53,625 nucleotides of DNA from an uncultured Patescibacteria group bacterium. Its GTDB lineage: Bacteria > Patescibacteriota > Patescibacteriia > Veblenbacterales > UBA10138. A program made the translations under genes and the position numbers. Positions within the stretch are counted from its first letter, which is position 1, and each line of letters begins with the position of its first letter. The notes beneath the pieces were generated by a model, which saw only the letters and a program-made list of their open reading frames with translations, was not told the DNA's origin and ran no database searches. Below are positions 47,022-53,625 of the stretch, piece after piece. The DNA is taken from assembly GCA_937929825.1 (NCBI GenBank), contig CALFUV010000003.1, forward strand, positions 1-53,625, in the 5' to 3' direction.

Positions 47022-47819
47022 CTAAATATCTTTTCTGGGCCGACCGCGTTTTTTAACTACCTTAACATCATCAAATTCCTCTTCTCTGGGTGATTGTTCT
47101 GAAAATTGTTCAGAAAAATATTTATTTTCTGTAATAAAATCGCCAATTATTACTTGGAAATGATCAATTAAAATTCGACTGGCTTCCTTAACTGCTTCCA
47201 AAGGACTCAAACTACCATCTGTTTCCACATCCATAGTTAACTTTTCATAATTAGTCATTTGGCCAACGCGCACATTCTCCACCACATAACCAACTCTGAT
47301 AACTGGTGTATAAATAGCATCAATAGCAATAACACCAATATCCAACTTTTCTTTATCACGAGCTTCTACCGGCACATAACCACGACCAGATTGAGCAACA
47401 AACTCCATTTCTACACTAGCTTTTTTATCTGTTAAAGTCATTAATATTAAGTCAGGATTTAATATTTTAACATCGCTAGTTACACTTATATCACCAGCTG
47501 TTACTTTTTTCTCACCGCTAACTTTCAGATGAAGTTTAACTGGTTCGCTGGCATAAACTTTAAGTCTAATTTGTTTAATATTCAGGATTATATCCACCAT
47601 ATCTTCAACTACTCCAGGTAAAGTAGAAAATTCATGATCAACACCATTAACTTTAACAGCACTTATAGCCGAACCAGGTAATGAAGAAAGAAGTACTCGA
47701 CGCAGAGAATTCCCTAAAGTAGTGCCGTAACCGGGGTAACAGGGTTCTATCATTATTTTGGCACGATACTGGCCAGTTTCTTGGCTCGTAATATTTTTGG
47801 GTAATGGTATTTGTTCCAT
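47022..47819 (-). CDS. rpoA: DNA-directed RNA polymerase alpha subunit, NTD only plus a short basic tail
   Basis: 265 aa. The alpha-NTD is clear (GYGTTLGNSLRRVLLSSLPGSAI...). After about residue 230 only 35 aa remain (…SPREEEFDDVKVVKKRGRPRKDI), too short for an alpha-CTD. Confidence 0.93.
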   Translation of the reverse strand: MEQIPLPKNITSQETGQYRAKIMIEPCYPGYGTTLGNSLRRVLLSSLPGSAISAVKVNGVDHEFSTLPGVVEDMVDIILNIKQIRLKVYASEPVKLHLKVSGEKKVTAGDISVTSDVKILNPDLILMTLTDKKASVEMEFVAQSGRGYVPVEARDKEKLDIGVIAIDAIYTPVIRVGYVVENVRVGQMTNYEKLTMDVETDGSLSPLEAVKEASRILIDHFQVIIGDFITENKYFSEQFSEQSPREEEFDDVKVVKKRGRPRKDI

Positions 47820-47841
47820 AAAAATTTTAATAAAAATTTAC

Positions 47842-48456
47842 TTAGCGTGAATAATATTCAATGATTAGTTTAATATCAAAAGGTGGATTCACTTGTTCAG
47901 GCACTGGTTTACTAATAAGTTGTCCTTTAATTTCTCTATTATCGATCTGTAACCAATCCAAAGGCAGTGTTTGCTTGCCCCATGTTTTACTTAAATTTTG
48001 CCAATAACTTTTATTTAAATGATTAGGATTAACACTTATAGTTTCTCCGGGTTTTACCTGATAAGAAGGAATATCCACTTTTTTATTATTTACTAAAATA
48101 TGGCCATGATTCACTAATTGTCTGGCAGCAGCTCGGGTTTTAGCCATACCTAAACGATAAACAATATTATCAAGCCTCGTTTCCAATAGTTGTAATAAAA
48201 TAACATCATTAGCGCCTCTTTGCCTGATAGCTTTCTCATAATATCTACGAAACTGCCTTTCTAAAATACCATACAACCAACGGGCTTTTTGTTTTTCTCT
48301 TAATTGTAAACCAAAACCTGTTAATTTAGGGCGGCCCTTTGGTCCATGTACACCGGGTGGATAATTACGTTTAATAATAGGGCATTTATCAGAAGTGCAC
48401 ATTCTTTCACCCACCCGTCGACATAATTTGTGTTTTGGTCCTAAATATCTAGCCAT
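47842..48456 (-). CDS. rpsD: 30S ribosomal protein S4
   Basis: MARYLGPKHKLCRRVGE... is typical S4 with a Cys-rich N-terminus and an S4 RNA-binding domain. Track start 48492 is a TTG inside rpsK; ATG is at 48456. Confidence 0.95.
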   Translation of the reverse strand: MARYLGPKHKLCRRVGERMCTSDKCPIIKRNYPPGVHGPKGRPKLTGFGLQLREKQKARWLYGILERQFRRYYEKAIRQRGANDVILLQLLETRLDNIVYRLGMAKTRAAARQLVNHGHILVNNKKVDIPSYQVKPGETISVNPNHLNKSYWQNLSKTWGKQTLPLDWLQIDNREIKGQLISKPVPEQVNPPFDIKLIIEYYSR

Positions 48457-48461
48457 AAATT

Positions 48462-48908
48462 TTATACTCTTCGTGGACGGGGCGGACGGCAACCATTATG
48501 CGGTACCGGCGTCACATCCTTAATTGAAACTAAATTAAGTCCATTAGCATATAAAGCCCTTATTGCCGCTTCTCGGCCAACGCCTACCCCTTTTACAAAA
48601 ACTTCCACTTCCTTTAAACCATAATCACGAACTCTTTCCAAGGCAGTTTTAACAACTATACCAGCTGCGTACGGTGTTGATTTTTTAGGCCCCTTAAAGC
48701 CTACTTGACCGGCAGAACAGGTAACTAAAACATTTCCAGTCTGATCTGTTAGGGTAACAATAGTATTATTATAAGTAGCTAAAATATGAGCCTGGCCGCG
48801 TAGTACTAAGCGCTTTTTTTTACCACGCTTCTTCTTCGTAACCCCCTTAACAACATCAGTCTCAGCGGTAATTGTTTTATTATCTTGTTTTTCTTGATCT
48901 TCTGTCAT
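48462..48908 (-). CDS. rpsK: 30S ribosomal protein S11
   Basis: 148 aa. Core [18 protein letters not shown]...[13 protein letters not shown], with an acidic/basic N-terminal extension of about 20 aa. Confidence 0.95.
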   Translation of the reverse strand: MTEDQEKQDNKTITAETDVVKGVTKKKRGKKKRLVLRGQAHILATYNNTIVTLTDQTGNVLVTCSAGQVGFKGPKKSTPYAAGIVVKTALERVRDYGLKEVEVFVKGVGVGREAAIRALYANGLNLVSIKDVTPVPHNGCRPPRPRRV

Positions 48909-48914
48909 ATATTA

Positions 48915-49304
48915 TTAGGTTTTTTGAGCCGGCGGCTTTCGTCCACTACCCATTGTTTTTCTTACATTACCTCGCACTGTACGAGTATTAGTTTTAGTGC
49001 GTTGACCACGAACTGGTAAATGTTTTGAGTGCCTATCACCTCTATAACAACCAATTTCCTTTAAACGTTTAATATTCATCATTACTTCGCGTCTTAAATC
49101 ACCCTCTACCCGATAACCTTTTTCAATAAATTCACGCAATTTATTAATCTGATCTTCAGTTAAATCATCTGTTCTGATATTCGGATCAATATTGGCTTGT
49201 TTTAATATTTTTTGTGATAAAGATAAGCCAATACCATAAAGATATGTTAAACCTATTTCAATCCTTTTATTCTTAGGAAGATTTACACCAGCAATACGCG
49301 CCAT
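48915..49304 (-). CDS. rpsM: 30S ribosomal protein S13
   Basis: 129 aa: [26 protein letters not shown]... Confidence 0.95.
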   Translation of the reverse strand: MARIAGVNLPKNKRIEIGLTYLYGIGLSLSQKILKQANIDPNIRTDDLTEDQINKLREFIEKGYRVEGDLRREVMMNIKRLKEIGCYRGDRHSKHLPVRGQRTKTNTRTVRGNVRKTMGSGRKPPAQKT

Positions 49305-49309
49305 ATAAA

Positions 49310-49423
49310 TTATCCTTGTCTTTGCTTATGTTTAGGTGTTGAGCAAATAACCAACAAACGCTTACCACGACGAATAACCCGACACTTAGAGCAAATTTTT
49401 TTAACCGACGCTCTTACCTTCAT
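49310..49423 (-). CDS. rpmJ: 50S ribosomal protein L36 (absent from the ORF track)
   Basis: Hand translation of the minus strand from ATG 49423 to TAA 49310-49312 gives [37 protein letters not shown] (37 aa). Zinc-ribbon C-x2-C...C-x4-H pattern. Canonical position between infA and rpsM. Confidence 0.93.
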   Translation of the reverse strand: MKVRASVKKICSKCRVIRRGKRLLVICSTPKHKQRQG

Positions 49424-49434
49424 AAATTAATTAA

Positions 49435-49695
49435 TTAAAATCTATAAATAATACGTCCTTTACTAAGATCATAAGGGGTCATTTCAACTTTTACCCTATC
49501 TCCTGGTAATAATCTGATTTTAAACATTCTCATTTTACCAGAAAGATGGGCAAGTATTTCGTGTCCATTATCCAGCTTGACACGAAAATTAGCCGAAGGT
49601 AATAATTCTTCCACAACACCTTCGACTTCTAAAAAACCTTTGGCATTGTTCGATTTAACTGATTGATTTACATGGTCAGTTATATTATCATTCAT
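49435..49695 (-). CDS. infA: Translation initiation factor IF-1 with an N-terminal extension
   Basis: 86 aa. S1-like core [64 protein letters not shown], preceded by about 20 extra residues. Confidence 0.93.
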   Translation of the reverse strand: MNDNITDHVNQSVKSNNAKGFLEVEGVVEELLPSANFRVKLDNGHEILAHLSGKMRMFKIRLLPGDRVKVEMTPYDLSKGRIIYRF

Positions 49696-49897
49696 GCTTA
49701 TTTAAGTGTTCTCAATAAAATAAAGCTAAATAAATAATTATAAACAAAACATTTGATCTTAAAGTCAATACTTTAAGACAAATCAACAAATTATATAAAA
49801 TTATATATATTTTTTATATATATATTTAGTCTGCTACTAACAGACAAATAAATACACCCTGATTTTATATTAAGTGCTATTTTAGTATAGAAGTTTT

Positions 49898-50578
49898 CTA
49901 TTTTATGTCAAGAGCAAATCTTATCTCATTAACATTAGTTGGTAATTTTTCGCTAAGATTAGCAAAAAAAGATGGAAAATAAATAATACTTACTTCCTTT
50001 ACTCCGCTCTTAGCCAATAAAATTTCTCTGGCTATTTCTTTATCTAAACCACTAATTTCCCTGGACCACTTATTTGATTGTATAGGTTGATAATATTTAG
50101 CTCTAAAATATACCTGTCCCGAAAAAGTCCTGCCCGAAGGCCCTTTCATCCATTCATAGCTATTAAAGTCAATCTCAACTGGTAAAACAACTACTTCACC
50201 CGGTATTTTCTTTGAAAGTTCATTTACTAATATATCTTTTAGATGTGAGATATTTACAACTACTCTTTCACTAGGTATGGGCAACACAATATAACCAGAC
50301 TTAATTATTTCATTTAGTTCATCACCCACCATCATAGCTTTACCGGGTACGGTGTTGGTAGATAAGCTGATATTTTTTAAATCTAGATCAACTTTTATGT
50401 TAATTAACTGTTCAACTGGATAAAACTCCGGCAAAACTAAAATTGTAACAATTGGCCATATTTTAAATAAAACTAAACAAAACAAAAATAATACGCTGCT
50501 TAAAAAAATAAGCATTAGATAACGTCCTTTTTTTGATGTTTGTACAAGTTTGACAGGAATCACTCTTTCAACATCCAT
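49898..50578 (-). CDS. Hypothetical membrane-anchored protein
   Basis: About 226 aa from the ATG at 50578 (track start 50602 is a TTG overlapping alaS). One TM helix (YLMLIFLSSVLFLFCLVLF), then a beta-rich extracytoplasmic region. No family recognised. Confidence 0.5.
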   Translation of the reverse strand: MDVERVIPVKLVQTSKKGRYLMLIFLSSVLFLFCLVLFKIWPIVTILVLPEFYPVEQLINIKVDLDLKNISLSTNTVPGKAMMVGDELNEIIKSGYIVLPIPSERVVVNISHLKDILVNELSKKIPGEVVVLPVEIDFNSYEWMKGPSGRTFSGQVYFRAKYYQPIQSNKWSREISGLDKEIAREILLAKSGVKEVSIIYFPSFFANLSEKLPTNVNEIRFALDIK

Positions 50579-50594
50579 ATTGATATAAAAATGA

Positions 50595-52346
50595 TTACTC
50601 AACCACAGCTTTAATACGTCTAATGCCTGCCGCTACTGCTTCTTCTTTTAAGATTTTAAAATGACCAAGAACACCAGTATGCTCTACATGTGGACCGCCG
50701 CAAAATTCACAACTGATAACTTCACCGGTTTCCGGATCAAATACTTTATAAACTGAAACAATATCAGCATACTTTTCGCCAAAAACGCCTATGGCTTTCA
50801 ATTTCCTAGCCTCCTCTAGAGATAAAACTTCTCTTTTGACTTGTAAATCTCTGTCTATCCATTTATTAACCAACTCTTCTACCTTACTTTTTTGTTCCTC
50901 AGTCATTTTTTCTGGATGGGTAAAATCAAAGCGCGTACGTTCAGCTGTGATATTACTACCTTTTTGCCACACATGATCACCCAATACCTGCCGCAAAGCT
51001 GCGTTCATTAAATGGGTAGCGGTATGTAATCGCACTACCCGATCAGTATGATCAGCTAAACCACCTTTAAAAACACCAGCCGAAGCTGTTCTTGATAACT
51101 CTTGGTGTTTTTTAAATTCTTTTTCAAATTCATCTTTATTAATTATCTGACCCTTATCTTTAGCCAATTCTCTAGATAACTCCCAAGGGAAACCGTAAGT
51201 TTGATAAAGATTAAAAGCTATCTGCCCGTCAATCTTATTTAATTTAGCAAACTCTTTTAATCCTCTATCCAGAGTCAAAATAAATTTCTGAGTTTCCTCA
51301 TTAACTACTTTAATTATTAATTCACTCTGCAGATTTAATTCCGGATAAACATTGTTAAAAACAATCTGTAATTTTTGTAATAAACCAGTTATCCAAGAAG
51401 CCGGAATATCCATTTGTCTGGCATAAACAACCGCTCTTCTTAAAAGACGTCTTAAAATATAACCTCGATCCTTGTTACTAGGCTGAACACCGTCAGCAAC
51501 CATAAAATAAACCGCTCTCATATGATCAGTTATAATTTTTATTTTATATAAATCATATTTAAAATTAGTTTGAGATATTAAATAATCAAGTAATGGTTTA
51601 AATAAATCAGTTTCATAAACTGAACTAAAACCATTTAAAGCAACTAAAGTTCTTTCTAAACCCATACCGGTATCCACATTTTTATTTTTCAACGGCTCGT
51701 ATTTACCTTCATTTGTTTTGTTGTACTCCATAAAAACATTATTCCAAATCTCAAACCAGCGACGATCTTTGGGATCAAAAACCTTAGGAGCTGTTTCTTC
51801 TCCGATCCAATAAAATATTTCTGTATCAGGCCCACAAGGACCTGTTTGGCCTGCCGGACCCCACCAATTATCTTCTTTACCTAAAAAAGCAATCCTCTCA
51901 GTTTTTATACCAAGTTTTTGCCAAATTTTAAATGAATCACTATCTTGAGGAGCATCGGCATCACCGGCAAAACAAGTAATAGCTAATTTATCCGACGATA
52001 AACCTAACCATTTTTTATCTGTTAAAAATTCATAACTCCAAGTAATAGCCTCATTTTTCCAATAATCTCCTAAACTCCAATTACCAAGCATTTCAAAAAA
52101 TGTCAGATGAGTATTGTCTCCTACTTCTTCAATATCTCCTGTGCGAAGGCACTTCTGCACCGAAACTAAACGCTTACCTTGAGGATGTAATTCTCCTAAT
52201 AAATAAGGAACGAGTGGGTGCATACCGGCGGTGGTAAAAAGTACCGTAGGATCATTAGCTGGTACCAGCGGAGCTGAAGGAATAATTTTATGATCCTTAG
52301 ATTCAAAAAAATTCAAAAATTTTTGTCTAAGCTCTTGAGACGTCAT
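50595..52346 (-). CDS. alaS: Alanine--tRNA ligase, short form without the C-Ala domain
   Basis: 583 aa. Class II catalytic core (FTTAGMHPLVPY, RTGDIEEVG), tRNA-recognition region, and editing-domain metal ligands HTATH...CGGPHV. The protein ends about 35 aa after the CGGPHV metal-ligand motif. Confidence 0.93.
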   Translation of the reverse strand: MTSQELRQKFLNFFESKDHKIIPSAPLVPANDPTVLFTTAGMHPLVPYLLGELHPQGKRLVSVQKCLRTGDIEEVGDNTHLTFFEMLGNWSLGDYWKNEAITWSYEFLTDKKWLGLSSDKLAITCFAGDADAPQDSDSFKIWQKLGIKTERIAFLGKEDNWWGPAGQTGPCGPDTEIFYWIGEETAPKVFDPKDRRWFEIWNNVFMEYNKTNEGKYEPLKNKNVDTGMGLERTLVALNGFSSVYETDLFKPLLDYLISQTNFKYDLYKIKIITDHMRAVYFMVADGVQPSNKDRGYILRRLLRRAVVYARQMDIPASWITGLLQKLQIVFNNVYPELNLQSELIIKVVNEETQKFILTLDRGLKEFAKLNKIDGQIAFNLYQTYGFPWELSRELAKDKGQIINKDEFEKEFKKHQELSRTASAGVFKGGLADHTDRVVRLHTATHLMNAALRQVLGDHVWQKGSNITAERTRFDFTHPEKMTEEQKSKVEELVNKWIDRDLQVKREVLSLEEARKLKAIGVFGEKYADIVSVYKVFDPETGEVISCEFCGGPHVEHTGVLGHFKILKEEAVAAGIRRIKAVVE

Positions 52347-52359
52347 AGTGAAGCTAATT

Positions 52360-53475
52360 CTACCAATTAAATTTCATTTTTTCAACTTTAGCAATTACTC
52401 CTCCACCAACAACTGCTAATCCCTGATTTATTTTTTTATAAAGCACCGCTGATTGCCCCGGCGTAATAGCACGCTGTTTTTTAGTAAATTCAATTTTTAA
52501 ACCCTTACCATATTTAGATACCTTAGCCATAAAAACCGGATGACGATAGCGGTGTCGAATTAAAAATTTTGCTGGTAAATGAGGTTCTTCACCTATCCAA
52601 TGAGGTTTTTCTGTTATACATACTTTAGATAAAATAAACTTCTGCTGTGGCAAAGAACCAACGATTAATTTATTCTGTTGCCAATTTCTGCCTAAAATAT
52701 ACCAAGGACCACCAGAAAGACCAAGACCAGACCTCTGACCAATAGTATAAAAAGATAAACCCTTATGAGTGCCTAATGTATTACCCTTAATATCAACTAT
52801 TGGCCCTGGTTTCTCTGGTAAACGAGTACGCAAAAAATCAAAAATTTTAACTTCACCCACAAAACAAATTCCCACGCTATCTGCTTTTTCCGCTACCACT
52901 AGATTAAGCTTCTTAGCTAATTTTCTGACCTCAACTTTTGTTAATCCGCCAACCGGAAAAAGTAAATGCCTAAGTTGTTTTTGGTTAAGAGTATATAAAA
53001 AATATGATTGATCTTTAGTCTCATCTATGCCAGCTAATAAGTGATAACTTTCTGGTTTTGATTTCTGATTGTCAATTTTTAATTTTCTAACATAATGACC
53101 TGTGGCAACAAAATCTACACCTTTTTGAAGCGCTCGTTTTAATAATAATGGTATTTTAACAAATTGATTACACCTAATATCCGGATTGGGTGTACGGCCA
53201 CGGGCATATTCACGAAAAAAATAATCAATCACATATTGGTGATACTGTTTTTCAAAATCCCAAACTTCAAATGGAATTTTTAATTTACGCGCCACTGCTG
53301 CCGCATCGTCACGTTCACGCACCCAATTACACTCACCAGCCAAATTATCATGAGTACCGGTAAAATTCTTCATAAAAACTGCCCTGACTTCATAACCTTG
53401 CTTTTTTAATAAATATGCCGAAACAGCAGAATCAACCCCGCCCGAAAGAGCTATAATTACTTTTGATTTAATCAT
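52360..53475 (-). CDS. mnmA: tRNA 2-thiouridine(34) synthase MnmA
   Basis: 371 aa. PP-loop SGGVDSAV, catalytic Cys contexts (RCN, GICF), typical length. Confidence 0.95.
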   Translation of the reverse strand: MIKSKVIIALSGGVDSAVSAYLLKKQGYEVRAVFMKNFTGTHDNLAGECNWVRERDDAAAVARKLKIPFEVWDFEKQYHQYVIDYFFREYARGRTPNPDIRCNQFVKIPLLLKRALQKGVDFVATGHYVRKLKIDNQKSKPESYHLLAGIDETKDQSYFLYTLNQKQLRHLLFPVGGLTKVEVRKLAKKLNLVVAEKADSVGICFVGEVKIFDFLRTRLPEKPGPIVDIKGNTLGTHKGLSFYTIGQRSGLGLSGGPWYILGRNWQQNKLIVGSLPQQKFILSKVCITEKPHWIGEEPHLPAKFLIRHRYRHPVFMAKVSKYGKGLKIEFTKKQRAITPGQSAVLYKKINQGLAVVGGGVIAKVEKMKFNW

Positions 53476-53625
53476 ACTTCTTTACTCTAGAAAAATAACA
53501 TTTAGCCACAAAGAAAAACTATTTACAAAATAAATTTTAAAATCCAAATATCAAATAATAATTTCATAAATTAAAGTATTTCGTTTCAGACTTAAACAAT
53601 GGAAACATAAGATTAATAACTAATA

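Noticed and set aside
49795-49827. (TA)n-like tract, and a similar one near 28836-28850, considered as a repeat or CRISPR-like feature.
   Set aside because: These are simple low-complexity AT dinucleotide runs with no repeat-spacer periodicity. No CRISPR array or cas genes occur anywhere in the window.
50595-50602. Apparent overlaps and 5' extensions in the ORF track: alaS/hypothetical, recJ/rnhA, rpsK/rpsD, rplQ/rplM, and the starts of the OFOR alpha gene, sufB, pduL, the sugar transferase and a GT2.
   Set aside because: Reading the DNA shows these track starts are TTG or GTG codons lying inside the upstream gene. In each case an ATG a few codons downstream aligns with the conserved N-terminus, so I trimmed to the ATG. 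Residual uncertainty remains for sufB (27396 versus 27372).
74-53011. About 30 short ORFs in the track (60-104 aa). Examples: 74-256, 2316-2528, 10300-10533, 14330-14539, 15050-15259, 17378-17563, 18361-18558, 19589-19810, 20083-20319, 24426-24620, 25961-26143, 26605-26892, 27832-28035, 29158-29376, 30195-30407, 30925-31239, 32285-32509, 32876-33136, 33329-33526, 33998-34264, 35316-35573, 36800-37000, 39509-39694, 39929-40114, 40685-40894, 41233-41424, 45921-46115, 50791-50976, 52769-53011.
   Set aside because: Each lies antisense to, or out of frame within, a long ORF with clear family-level homology. Their translations are low-complexity or unrecognisable. Such ORFs are expected by chance in AT-rich DNA.

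Overview
Visibly AT-rich, very gene-dense 53.6 kb window. About 57 of 59 protein genes are on the minus strand; only two protein genes, tRNA-Thr and rnpB are on plus. Short or 4-nt (ATGA) overlaps between genes are common. The gene content looks like a streamlined Patescibacteria/CPR-type bacterium; that is inference from content, since no rRNA is present. Order on the plus-strand axis: (1) decayed serine-recombinase fragment and tRNA-Thr; (2) envelope/division block: parvulin PPIase, FtsB/DivIC-like, lepA, murJ, an unclassified structured RNA, DUF4012, three GT4 glycosyltransferases and a priming sugar-phosphate transferase; (3) rnpB and a plus-strand secreted protein with a T9SS-type C-terminal sorting domain; (4) rnhA, recJ, 2-oxoacid:ferredoxin oxidoreductase, ackA, pduL and a PfkB kinase; (5) sod-sufCBDSU-cupin; (6) rseP, frr, holB, O-antigen-ligase-like, mreB, Gmad2, transporters; (7) second glycan cluster: GT2 x3, GT1/GT4 x2, Wzy-like, Wzx; (8) ribosomal/RNAP block infA-rpmJ-rpsM-rpsK-rpsD-rpoA-rplQ-rplM-rpsI, where rpmJ is missing from the ORF track; (9) an orphan membrane protein, a short alaS and mnmA. 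Most worth a second look: a roughly 150-170 nt Y-shaped RNA upstream of murJ whose promoter has the same architecture as the rnpB promoter; the T9SS-CTD protein in this genomic context; and an RpoA that lacks the alpha-CTD and ends in an AT-hook-like KKRGRPRK tail. No CRISPR array, intact mobile element or recognisable defence system was seen. Several ORF-track starts are TTG/GTG extensions and were trimmed to the first ATG. RNA ends and promoter calls are approximate and made by eye.
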